The notes below the pieces were generated by a model. It did not search any database. It was given only the letters and a program-made list of their open reading frames with translations, and was not told the origin of the DNA. DNA of 64,000 nucleotides, from the NCBI GenBank assembly GCA_903836515.1, contig CAILQW010000004.1, positions 5,036 through 69,035 of the forward strand, read 5' to 3'. The DNA comes from Candidatus Omnitrophota bacterium. GTDB taxonomy: Bacteria > Omnitrophota > Gorgyraeia > Zapsychrales > Fredricksoniimonadaceae. The position numbers were made by a program, and so were the translations under genes. Shown here one piece after another: positions 19,206-28,710 of this stretch. Numbering within the stretch: the stretch's first letter is position 1; the number at the start of each line of letters is the position of its first letter.

Positions 19206-20774
19206 TCAAATCCCTTTTCCTTTATAGCCTCTCTTAAAGAAAACAAAACCAAGAAAGCACGCCTCAAAAACAAGAAAATAAATGATCCAGGTCAATCCGC
19301 CGGAACCTGAACCGTAACTGTGCATGCCGCGGCCCAGCACAAAATTAACACCGTACCAGGTCATCAGGACCAGCAAAAACCCTAGGATGCCGCTGACAGC
19401 CAGCGCAAAATTATTGAGCTTCCTGCTGTAGCGCAAATGGAGGATGGCCATATAGCCGAGAAACGTGATAAACGCCCAGGTCTCTTTGGGATCCCATCCC
19501 CAGAACCTGCCCCAGGCCTCATTCGCCCACACCCCTCCCAAAATAGTACCGGCCCCAAGCGCAATAAGCCCCGCCTGCAACAGGCGATAGATCGTGTCCG
19601 CCGACAGCTGTTCTTCCTGAAGTGTCTGCCTGCCCCGCACGGAGAGGAACAAATGCCGGTGGGAAACAGCCATGGCAAACGCAAAAAGGCTGTAACTGGA
19701 AATGATCGTGATCACATGGACCGTGAGCCAGTAACTGCTGCGCAAGACCGGCGATACCACATCGAGCGACTGATCCACGGGCAGAAGCCTGGCGTAGAGC
19801 ATGATCAGCGCGCTCACCAAAGCGCCGCTCGACAAAAAGGCTGTACGTTTTTTAATGATCACAAAGACGCCCACACTGATCATCAAGACCAGATCCATGA
19901 ACACCATGGTTTCATACATGTTGGCGACCGGCGGCCGGAGGAGGATCATCCAGCGCAAGAGTATCCCCGCGGCATGAAAGATAAAACCGGCGGCAATCAG
20001 AAGTTTCCCCGCATGCTGGGGCAAGGGCCGCGGCCACAACAAACAAACGAAGCCCAGCAGATAAAAAATCCAGGCATAATAAAAAGGCTGCAGCTGATAA
20101 TAGGCTGTTTCCATCCGGAGCCTCACCTGCATGCCTTTTCTGATGGAACGGTCAGCCTGGAGGATCCATGATTTGACCTCCTGCTCCCGGGCGGGTGCTT
20201 TGAGGGCGTAATCATGCACCAGCTTCCTGAACATGTCGGCATCAGCCCCGGACACTTTATAGGGCGATGCCCAGGCCCCTTCATCCGCAGGAATGACCGT
20301 GATGCTATCGCCGGAACTCAACGATTGCACAGCCGCCATGCGCTGGTAGAGTATTTCAGCCTGCTGTTCCAGGGCCGAGGGGCGCTTGTCCTGTTGACGC
20401 CGCCCATTCGCGCTTTGCACCAACGACATTAATGTATCCCAGCCAGGCTTGAGCTGTTGATAGGAAACATGGCCCCCTTCAGCCGGAAGCCCGATCAATT
20501 TTCTTAAATCCGGATGATCGACGCGGATGAAAGGGATCTTCAGGAACTGCTGGGGCTGATCCAGATTGGCCAGAAATAATGCGGTTGCCGTTTGCCCGTG
20601 CCAACGGGTTTTACCACTGATGAGCTGCAAGGTTTCCTGCGCGAATGCGGAAAACGGCTTGATCCTGCCATGATGCTGGACAGGAATGCCTTCGGCGGTC
20701 TCACAGGCATACCCACAGCCGCACCACAACGCCGCCGCAACACAAGCCAAGATCAAAAAAATAATTTTTTTCAT
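19206..20774 (-). CDS. ccsA: cytochrome c biogenesis protein CcsA (System II haem handling)
   Basis: 522 aa multi-TM, WGRFWGWDPKE tryptophan-rich WWD motif. Confidence 0.85.
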   Translation of the reverse strand: MKKIIFLILACVAAALWCGCGYACETAEGIPVQHHGRIKPFSAFAQETLQLISGKTRWHGQTATALFLANLDQPQQFLKIPFIRVDHPDLRKLIGLPAEGGHVSYQQLKPGWDTLMSLVQSANGRRQQDKRPSALEQQAEILYQRMAAVQSLSSGDSITVIPADEGAWASPYKVSGADADMFRKLVHDYALKAPAREQEVKSWILQADRSIRKGMQVRLRMETAYYQLQPFYYAWIFYLLGFVCLLWPRPLPQHAGKLLIAAGFIFHAAGILLRWMILLRPPVANMYETMVFMDLVLMISVGVFVIIKKRTAFLSSGALVSALIMLYARLLPVDQSLDVVSPVLRSSYWLTVHVITIISSYSLFAFAMAVSHRHLFLSVRGRQTLQEEQLSADTIYRLLQAGLIALGAGTILGGVWANEAWGRFWGWDPKETWAFITFLGYMAILHLRYSRKLNNFALAVSGILGFLLVLMTWYGVNFVLGRGMHSYGSGSGGLTWIIYFLVFEACFLGFVFFKRGYKGKGI

Positions 20775-22570
20775 GCCGCCGCCGTTTTTTGTCGAGGTCC
20801 ATAAAACTGGAATAACGCCCCCAGACAGGCCAGGATCGAACCGATATAAATCAACGGGATGCCTGGATTCCTGGCCACAGTAAAGACAGACGCCTTGCCA
20901 TACTGCGGATCGGTGAAATAGGAAGACTGGAATATCTTGTAGCCCTGATATTCAAGAGGATGGTTCATGGCAATGGTCCCCTCTAATGAAAGCTTGCGCT
21001 TGGCATCCGCAAGCACCACATCGCTTTCGTAACTTGCCGCGTCCTGGGTGCCGGGATAGTCGATCTTGCGGAATTGTTTGAGCGCCAGCGAAAAGGGCAA
21101 CTCCGCTGTCCTTGGCTTCAGTAAGAAGGTAACCTCACCTTTGGCCAGCCGCACAGGCGTGGTCTTATCCTCGAAAACCCAGTAAACCTGCGAACCGCTC
21201 ACCGAAGGCACCATGAGCGCCGCCGCCAGTCCACCCTGCTGGCCGTCTTTCGATTGAGCCATCGCATAACTCACGTGCACATGGGACAATGCCGCCTCAA
21301 CACAAAAATCAACATCCATCCATCCTGCCGGTACACATGCCCCCGTGGTGAGGGGGCCTTCCGCCAGGATCTTGTCCTGCAGCCGGGACTGGTAACGCCA
21401 GGCATTTTCCTGATCATAATAGAAAGCCACCTGCAATCCTTCAGGGACATTATCAAGGTCCGCAGGGGTGCCGGCGTCGAATTTGATCTGAAGATCATGA
21501 ACAGGAGCCGACGTCTGGGGATGCATGGACTCAAATTCGGGAAAGAAAGCAAATTTAACGTTGCGGACGGCCGTACCTTTGGCATCCACAAGATCAAAGA
21601 CCACCGCTGGATTGAACCTTTTGGCATCCGGAAGATTGATGATCTTTTTCCCGGCCACGGCCGCGTAAGGATAATAGGCAAGCCCCTTGATCGTGAAGCC
21701 TGTCCGGCCAAGCGGGATACTGGCGGCAAGCGGCTTATCCCCCCCCACATCGATCACAGCGATCTCGTGGCCCGCCTTGTCAGATACCCGCAGCACCGGC
21801 TTCTGGGCCGCAGCCGCCTTCGCCTGAGGGCGCAATACAAGTGTGACCGGGCCCGTCATCGTCTTGTCAGCGGCAGCATCCTGCGCGTCATGTTCGACCA
21901 GCCATACGGCGGCGTCCTCCGCCAGCTGCTTGCTTTGTATCCTGACACGCACAGCATGATTAAGCGGTGCCTGGTCATTGCCAGGGACAACCTCCCGGCG
22001 CTCGACCGCGTTTTCTATGATATTGATGATATTAAAATCAACCGGCTGTCCGGTATTGTTCTGGAAGGAACGATCATGCCCATTCCCTGCTTTTAATGAA
22101 CAAAAGGGAACGGATGCATCCAGGCGTTCTTTAGTCAGCATGAACTGGAAGCTGCCCTTGCGCAAGGCAAAGGCCGTCTCTTCCTGGTTGGGAAAAGAGA
22201 CCCCCAGCGTATACCCAGGCTGTTTGATCGCATGGAGGGTCTCCCCTTCAAAGAGCGTCATCTGCCCCTCAACGCCGTGTGTCCGTGCCATGAGAGCCCC
22301 GGCCAAAAGGCCCAGGATCCCCACATGCGTGATCAAAAATCCGATCTGGCTTTTTTTAAACGGGAACCTCAGGATCGTGGAACAAAATATATTGATCCAT
22401 AAAAAAGAAACCAGGATATCGAACCAGCGTGTCTGGTAAAAAGCCTTCTGGACAAAGGCTGTCCCCTGGATGGCTTCCACCGACGTGGATACGATCAAAA
22501 GGACGATCAATGCCGCGCTGATCACAACAGTAAAACTGACCGACCCGAGTTTCTTAATGATCGCCATCAT
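20771..22570 (-). CDS. ccsB: cytochrome c biogenesis protein CcsB/ResB
   Basis: 599 aa, N-terminal TM helices + large periplasmic domain + C-terminal TM, directly upstream of ccsA with 4-nt overlap. Confidence 0.8.
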   Translation of the reverse strand: MMAIIKKLGSVSFTVVISAALIVLLIVSTSVEAIQGTAFVQKAFYQTRWFDILVSFLWINIFCSTILRFPFKKSQIGFLITHVGILGLLAGALMARTHGVEGQMTLFEGETLHAIKQPGYTLGVSFPNQEETAFALRKGSFQFMLTKERLDASVPFCSLKAGNGHDRSFQNNTGQPVDFNIINIIENAVERREVVPGNDQAPLNHAVRVRIQSKQLAEDAAVWLVEHDAQDAAADKTMTGPVTLVLRPQAKAAAAQKPVLRVSDKAGHEIAVIDVGGDKPLAASIPLGRTGFTIKGLAYYPYAAVAGKKIINLPDAKRFNPAVVFDLVDAKGTAVRNVKFAFFPEFESMHPQTSAPVHDLQIKFDAGTPADLDNVPEGLQVAFYYDQENAWRYQSRLQDKILAEGPLTTGACVPAGWMDVDFCVEAALSHVHVSYAMAQSKDGQQGGLAAALMVPSVSGSQVYWVFEDKTTPVRLAKGEVTFLLKPRTAELPFSLALKQFRKIDYPGTQDAASYESDVVLADAKRKLSLEGTIAMNHPLEYQGYKIFQSSYFTDPQYGKASVFTVARNPGIPLIYIGSILACLGALFQFYGPRQKTAAA

Positions 22571-23637
22571 GGGGTATATGCCTCTTTGGACACGCCGGCG
22601 TCCTGCATGAGTTCGAAGAGGGCCGCTTTATCAAGAGCCCGGTAAAACTCGTTGATCTTGGCGGCGATGATCTGCTCGGAGGCCGCCACGGCGGTCTGGC
22701 GCTTGATCATGTTATCCTGCACGGTCTGGGAAAGATCATCCACGGAAACAAGCGCCACGCCCTGAACCTCGGCGACCTGGGGATCGATGTTGCGGGGAAC
22801 CGCAATGTCAATGGCCGCGAGTTTCCTGTGCGGACGGGCTGACATCACCCGCTCCATAAGCTCCTTGTCGACCAGATAATGGGGCGCGCCGGTCGAACAT
22901 ATACAGACATCTGCCTGTTCAAGGATCTCCCGGATCCGCCAGAAAGACACAGCCTCCGCCCCGCATGCATGCGCGAGTTCCTCCGCCTTTTCATGCGTCC
23001 GGTTCATGACATAAATCTTTTTAACACATTTGTGTCTCAACTGCTGGATCGCCAGGGAACCCATTTTCCCGGACCCCAGCACCAGGACCGACTTGTCTTC
23101 CAGCGAGCCCAGGATATCCTGCGCCTTGGAAACCGCGGCCCAGGACACCGACGATCCCCCGCCATCGATGAGCGTTTCCCGGCGGACCTTCTTGCCCGTC
23201 TCAATGGCAAAATTGGAAAGGATGTTCAGCGTGCGGTTGAGCATCCGTTTTTCCTGAGAACTGCCAACGGCCTGCTTGAACTGGCCCAGGATCTGTTTCT
23301 CTCCGAGAATCATGGAGTCCAGGCCGGCCACCACACGGAAAAGATGCAGCACAACATCCTTCTCATAATGTATATAGAAAAATTTCTCAAAATCCGCGGC
23401 AGGCGCAAGGCCTTTGAAAGCAAGGAACAATTCGAGCAGCCGGGATACATCGGCTTCCAGAAGATCGGCGTAAATCTCGGTGCGGTTACATGTGGAAATG
23501 ATGATCGAGGCCAGGACAGACGGCTCGCTCATGAACTCGGCCAGCAAACATTGTTTTTCAACCGGCTGAAGAAAAAACTTTTCTCTGATCTCTAAGGGGC
23601 ATGTCTTGTGATTAACGCCGATCAAAACCAGGGGCAT
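22567..23637 (-). CDS. hemA: glutamyl-tRNA reductase
   Basis: LIGVNHKTCPLEIREKF, STCNRTEIY, NAD-binding GSGKMG. Confidence 0.9.
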   Translation of the reverse strand: MPLVLIGVNHKTCPLEIREKFFLQPVEKQCLLAEFMSEPSVLASIIISTCNRTEIYADLLEADVSRLLELFLAFKGLAPAADFEKFFYIHYEKDVVLHLFRVVAGLDSMILGEKQILGQFKQAVGSSQEKRMLNRTLNILSNFAIETGKKVRRETLIDGGGSSVSWAAVSKAQDILGSLEDKSVLVLGSGKMGSLAIQQLRHKCVKKIYVMNRTHEKAEELAHACGAEAVSFWRIREILEQADVCICSTGAPHYLVDKELMERVMSARPHRKLAAIDIAVPRNIDPQVAEVQGVALVSVDDLSQTVQDNMIKRQTAVAASEQIIAAKINEFYRALDKAALFELMQDAGVSKEAYTP

Positions 23638-23759
23638 CAGGTATCTCCTGAAATAAAAAAACCGTTGCCTGAGTGGGTCTATGGAAATTCAGGCCTATAT
23701 AATATAAAGAAGGGACCTGAAAATCAACCAATTTTTCCGATTGTGCGCTGTTAATGCGC

Positions 23760-25250
23760 TCAAGATCCGCTATGGCAATCCGCGCAATTCATCTGCTTCC
23801 AGGATTCATCTCCGTCAAAAGGATGCCGGAACGGCAGGCCGTCAACACTCTTCTCCATATTGTCAGCCGGCCCCTGGGCAATGATCGCATGGCACACACC
23901 GCAATCACGCGTGATGGTCTTGCCGGAAGACGCATTGTGTTCCCCGTCATGGCAGCGGAAACATCCGGGAGAGATCATGTGGCCGATATTATCCGGATAC
24001 ACATCCCATCTCACTTTCATTTCAGGAAAAATATTGCTCTTAAAGAGCTCCACCACATACGCGATGGCGTCATCTACCTCGTTGCGATGGGCGTTATAAT
24101 ACTCCGCCTGCTTTTCTTTATAATACGCTGACAAAACCGACCGGATCCTGGTCACAGCCTCTTCTTCGCTGGCATATTTTGCCGCCAGCACCTCGACCGC
24201 CCTGGCTTTAATGAGAGGGATACCAGGATTGATCTTGCCTTCGGCCATGGCCCGGTTTACCAGCGGCATGGGCGCCTCGTAATGATGCGATGGCCGGGAA
24301 TGACAATCAATGCAATCCATTCTCCTGATGTTCGCGGGTGACGGGTTAAATTGTTTCTTGGCCGCCTCCTTGGTCATGTAAACGACAGCCTCTCCCTTTT
24401 TATTGACGCTTTTAACCCAGGAAATCTGCTGGCGCTTCTCATCATCCGCCGCATAATAGATCACATGATCACTGTTCATATGCGCGTGAATGCCGCGGTT
24501 CTCCCCTTCTTTCCCGCTGACGTGCATCAGCATGCGGACATCCCAGCGGGATATGGCTCCCGGCTCACCCGGAAAATAACTCCGTTCGAGCTCAATGGCC
24601 CCAAACGACTTCCCGGGCCAGTGGCACTCCTCGCAGGTGTCCTTGGCCGGACGAAGGTCATGCACAGGCACAGGGATGGGCCGGGCGTAATCGTTGAGCA
24701 GGGTCTTGACAACCTGACGGGCCCCGGACAATTTGGAGCGGACATACCACCCCGCACCGGCCCCGATATGGCATTCCACGCACTTCACCCTGGCATGAGG
24801 CGATTTCAGATAGGCGGTATACTCGGGCTTCATGATGTTATGGCAGGTGGTCCCGCAAAAGGGCACGGATTCCGTATAATTGAAAGCTTTATACGATCCG
24901 ACCGCGGTCATCACCATGAAAATGACCGTGATCACAATGAACGCCACCGCGGCATTGCGATGCGCCGCATTGGCCAGATCGAACGTAAAGGTTTCCCGGT
25001 CATCGGATACACGCCCAAGACGGACATCGCGTTTTTTCTTCAACGCCCCCAGCGGGATCAGCAAAAGCCCGATGATCAAAATCGGCGGAAGCACGACATA
25101 GGTGAACAGGCTGAGGTAACTGTTGGTGGAAGGCGTCAGGAAGTCCATGGCAAACAATATCCCCTCGACAACAAACATAACCAGGGACAAGGCTGCCCCC
25201 AAATATGAAATCTTGTTGTAAAAATATTCGGAAAAGATTTTCTGCGCCAT
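23760..25250 (-). CDS. membrane-anchored heptahaem c-type cytochrome (ImcH-like inner-membrane quinol oxidoreductase candidate)
   Basis: 3 N-terminal TM helices, then CGTTCH (CX3CH) + 6 CxxCH (CVECH CEECH CIDCH CFRCH CGVCH CADCH); ~496 aa architecture matches ImcH/NapC-NirT-like proteins. Confidence 0.55.
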   Translation of the reverse strand: MAQKIFSEYFYNKISYLGAALSLVMFVVEGILFAMDFLTPSTNSYLSLFTYVVLPPILIIGLLLIPLGALKKKRDVRLGRVSDDRETFTFDLANAAHRNAAVAFIVITVIFMVMTAVGSYKAFNYTESVPFCGTTCHNIMKPEYTAYLKSPHARVKCVECHIGAGAGWYVRSKLSGARQVVKTLLNDYARPIPVPVHDLRPAKDTCEECHWPGKSFGAIELERSYFPGEPGAISRWDVRMLMHVSGKEGENRGIHAHMNSDHVIYYAADDEKRQQISWVKSVNKKGEAVVYMTKEAAKKQFNPSPANIRRMDCIDCHSRPSHHYEAPMPLVNRAMAEGKINPGIPLIKARAVEVLAAKYASEEEAVTRIRSVLSAYYKEKQAEYYNAHRNEVDDAIAYVVELFKSNIFPEMKVRWDVYPDNIGHMISPGCFRCHDGEHNASSGKTITRDCGVCHAIIAQGPADNMEKSVDGLPFRHPFDGDESWKQMNCADCHSGS

Positions 25251-25273
25251 AACATTCTCCTTCTCGATAGGTT

Positions 25274-26761
25274 TCAGCTTCTTTTTTCTATCGTCCTGAT
25301 CAGATTGTCAAAAATAAAAAGATGGAACGGATAGCACAAAAACCAGTAAACCCTTCCGGCCGCACTGTCGGTATCATAATACGCCGTTACCGAAAGCTTC
25401 CGGGCCCCCTGGATATCATCGATATTGAATTCAAGCCACGCCCTGCCGGGAAGCTTCATTTCAGCCCGAAGCAGAAGGCGTTTGCCGGGCTGAAGGTCCT
25501 CGACACGCCAGAAATCAATGACATCATTGATCTCAAGTTTTGTCTGGCTCTTTCTTCCCCGGGCGGTCCCGACCCCTCCCAGCAATCTGTCCAGGGCCCC
25601 TCTTAACCGCCACAGCCAGTTGGTGTGGAACCAGCCTTGTTTGCCGCCGATCATGCATATCGAACGGAACAGGGCCCCGGCTTCCTTGGACGTGACAAGG
25701 CTGCTGTGCTTCGTGTAGGAGATGCCGGCAGCGATCTCATGAAGTTTCAGCGCCAGTTCATGCGCCGGCGGATAAGCATCCGACCAACGGGTCGCCACCG
25801 TGTCCTGCTCCACGCGGGATATGGCCCTGACAATAGATTCCTTGAAAGACAACGGCGTAAAAGGCAAAAACGCGTGGATCGAGTTCTCCTGGCAAACAAC
25901 CTCGTTGCTCGCCCCCTCCAGCAGGCACTGGATGATCGGCGCCGGCACAGGGGTATAAAGACTCGCGACATAGGCGTAAATATTGATATCAGAAAAAAAA
26001 GACGGAATGAAAACGGTCTTCTTGTTAAGAAGGAGCGCCACAAGCTTGAGCATGCGCTGATACGTCAGAACACTGCGTCCGCCAATATCGAAACTTTTGC
26101 CGGCCGTCTGGGGTATCTCAAGCACACCGACAAGATATTTGATGACATCCCGGACAGCGATCGGCTGGCATTTGCTTTTGGCCCATTCCGGAAGCAGGAT
26201 GAACGGGAGCTTCCTTACGAGGTGATAAATGATCTCGTACGACGCACTGCCGGAACCGATGATGATGGCCGCGCGCAGGATGGTGACAGGGGTCTTGCCC
26301 GAACGCAGCTCCTGGGCGATCTCCATGCGGGAACGCAGGTGCGAGGACAGCACCCCGCGCGTATCCCCCAGGCCCCCCAGATAAATGATCCGCCTGACGT
26401 TCCGGCCTTCGGCCGCCACACGGAAGTTCTTCGCCACCCGAAGGTCCACTCCCTCGAATTCTTTAGGGCCCCGCAGGAGGGAATGCAATAAATAATACGC
26501 CGTGTCGATCCCTTCCAGCGCCCGGGCCAATTGATCCTGGTCGAGCGCGTCGGCGACCACAATTTCGGCCCCGGGCCAGCGCAGGGCATATTCCGGCGAC
26601 GGCGCCCTCACCATGATCCGGACCCGGTAGCCGCGGGCGAGTAATTCAGGAACAAGCCGTCCCCCGATATATCCCGATGCCCCGGTGACCAGAATGCGCC
26701 CGATCTGCGGCTGGAACGCCGAAGACAGATCCGCGCAAAATAAACTTTCCCCCTGCATCAA
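25274..26761 (-). CDS. NAD(P)H-binding SDR-family protein with C-terminal DUF2867-like domain
   Basis: ILVTGASGYIGGRLV Rossmann motif; C-terminal region typical of DUF2867. Confidence 0.65.
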   Translation of the reverse strand: MMQGESLFCADLSSAFQPQIGRILVTGASGYIGGRLVPELLARGYRVRIMVRAPSPEYALRWPGAEIVVADALDQDQLARALEGIDTAYYLLHSLLRGPKEFEGVDLRVAKNFRVAAEGRNVRRIIYLGGLGDTRGVLSSHLRSRMEIAQELRSGKTPVTILRAAIIIGSGSASYEIIYHLVRKLPFILLPEWAKSKCQPIAVRDVIKYLVGVLEIPQTAGKSFDIGGRSVLTYQRMLKLVALLLNKKTVFIPSFFSDINIYAYVASLYTPVPAPIIQCLLEGASNEVVCQENSIHAFLPFTPLSFKESIVRAISRVEQDTVATRWSDAYPPAHELALKLHEIAAGISYTKHSSLVTSKEAGALFRSICMIGGKQGWFHTNWLWRLRGALDRLLGGVGTARGRKSQTKLEINDVIDFWRVEDLQPGKRLLLRAEMKLPGRAWLEFNIDDIQGARKLSVTAYYDTDSAAGRVYWFLCYPFHLFIFDNLIRTIEKRS

Positions 26762-28704
26762 GCTTTTAATCCAAAGGTAAACCCGGACTTGACACGCCTG
26801 ATCAGCGCCGGAAGCGTCTGCAGATAATCCCCGACGACGCCGTAGTCGGCGCAGTTGAACATATGCGACTGGCGGTCCTGGTTGATGGCAATGATCCGCC
26901 CCGATTCCTTCATGCCGCTCACATGCTGAATGGCGCCGGAAATGGCCACCGCGATGTAGAGCTTGGGACGCACGGTCTTGCCGGTCTGGCCGATCTGACG
27001 GCTGTAGGGCGCATACCCGTGGTCGACCGCCTGGCGGGTCGCACCCCAGGCCGCACTGATGCCCTTTTCTTCCAGGGCTTCGACAAGTTCCTTGATAAGC
27101 TTGAAATCATCCAGCTCGCCGCAAGGGCGCCCGCCGGTGACAATGACGCTGGCGCTGAAAAGCCCCTCGTCGCCCGCCTCTTTACGTTCCGTACTGAGGA
27201 TCTCCACGGCAAAAAGGCTGTCATTCAGTTGAGGGACAAACGGCGTGATCTTTCCCTGACGGGAAAGATCTGGCTGGGATGCCTCAAAAGTGCCGGGCCT
27301 GGCCGTAGCCATTTGGGGGCAGCGGAAACCGACAATGGTCGCCAGCTTGCTTTCACCGTATGTCGGACGAATGGCCTCCAGGCAGGGCGACCAGATGGTC
27401 TTTGAGGAGGGCTGAACAAATTCGCCCACCTTGAGGATGGTGCAGTCCGCGGTCACACCGGCACCCAGGCGGCTGCCCAGGCGCGGGGCAAGTTCGCGAC
27501 CCGAGGTGGTTGCCCCAAAGAGGCTGATCTCCGGATGGCGTTCTTTCACGATCTGCTCGATCACGCTGGTAAAAGGCAGGATCGAATATTCCTTGAGGCG
27601 CGAGTCCTCCACCACGATCACCTCATCGGCACCGTGCGCAATGAGGCGCGGGGCCAGACCGGCCACGTGATCCCCGATCAAGACCGATGTCACGGTTGTT
27701 TTCAATTCATCCGCCAGTTTGCGGGCGGGGTTGAGGATCTCGATGGAAGACAACGCCAATTCCGTGGCGACAACCTCGGCCCAGGTGAAAATGCCGCTGG
27801 CGCCGTTGCGGAAATCCTTGCGCGGAAACCTGTCCTGCCTGGGTGTTTCTGCGGCCCCCGGAGCGCTGACAGCCTCCGGCGCTGCCGCGGCATGAAGGCT
27901 GGCGGCGATGTCGAACGTTTTGGCCAGATTGCCGGCCAATTCCTCAGCGGTATTCCCGTTGATCATGCTGACCGGAGGACGATTGCGGGTGATATTGACG
28001 ACCTTGGCCACACTCGTCGGCGACCCGTTCAACCCGACTGACGCCGGGTCCAGTCCGATCTGATCAAGGTTATACGCCTCGATAGAAACCTGGCGGGCTT
28101 TGATCGCACCTGCCAGCGAAGGCCGGCGGACATGGATCGCGGTTGGCGCCACGGAAACGACACACGGCATCGGGACTTTGAGAGTCTGGTGCCCGCCTTC
28201 GATCATGCGCCTGACCACAAGATGTGCCGGGGCGTAATCAACACTGACAGCAAAAGTCACCTGGGCTATCCCCAGGTTCTCTGCCACCTGGGAAGGCACA
28301 TGTGCCGTGTCCCCGTCGCTGGTCTGGCGGCCGGCAAAAATGATATAGGGAGTGTGTGGATCCGCGGGCAATATCTTGCTGCGCAAGAGTGTGGCCAGGG
28401 CCAGTCCCGTCGAAAAAGTATCCGATCCACCCAGGCGGCGGTCCGAAAGAAGGATCGCACGGTCGAAGCCCAGGGAAATCGCCTGGCGCAGGGATTGATC
28501 AAAGCTCGGCGGCCCCATGGACACGACGATCAGCTCCGCGTCCGGAACGTATTTTTTTATCTGAAGGCCCTGCTCAAGGCCAAAACAGCAGTCCACGTTG
28601 ATCATGGACTTCGCCTTGGTGCGGTCCATCAACCCATCCTCGCCCATGCGCATCTGCGAGAACAACGGTACCTGTTTCATCAAGCTGATAACTTTTAATC
28701 CCAT
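26758..28704 (-). CDS. etfBA: electron transfer flavoprotein, fused beta-alpha subunits (EtfB-EtfA)
   Basis: N-term MGLKVISLMKQVP (EtfB-like) ~260 aa, then EtfA-like domain with FAD-binding C-terminus (AISGAIQHVSGM). Confidence 0.8.
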   Translation of the reverse strand: MGLKVISLMKQVPLFSQMRMGEDGLMDRTKAKSMINVDCCFGLEQGLQIKKYVPDAELIVVSMGPPSFDQSLRQAISLGFDRAILLSDRRLGGSDTFSTGLALATLLRSKILPADPHTPYIIFAGRQTSDGDTAHVPSQVAENLGIAQVTFAVSVDYAPAHLVVRRMIEGGHQTLKVPMPCVVSVAPTAIHVRRPSLAGAIKARQVSIEAYNLDQIGLDPASVGLNGSPTSVAKVVNITRNRPPVSMINGNTAEELAGNLAKTFDIAASLHAAAAPEAVSAPGAAETPRQDRFPRKDFRNGASGIFTWAEVVATELALSSIEILNPARKLADELKTTVTSVLIGDHVAGLAPRLIAHGADEVIVVEDSRLKEYSILPFTSVIEQIVKERHPEISLFGATTSGRELAPRLGSRLGAGVTADCTILKVGEFVQPSSKTIWSPCLEAIRPTYGESKLATIVGFRCPQMATARPGTFEASQPDLSRQGKITPFVPQLNDSLFAVEILSTERKEAGDEGLFSASVIVTGGRPCGELDDFKLIKELVEALEEKGISAAWGATRQAVDHGYAPYSRQIGQTGKTVRPKLYIAVAISGAIQHVSGMKESGRIIAINQDRQSHMFNCADYGVVGDYLQTLPALIRRVKSGFTFGLKA

Positions 28705-28710
28705 ACCACC

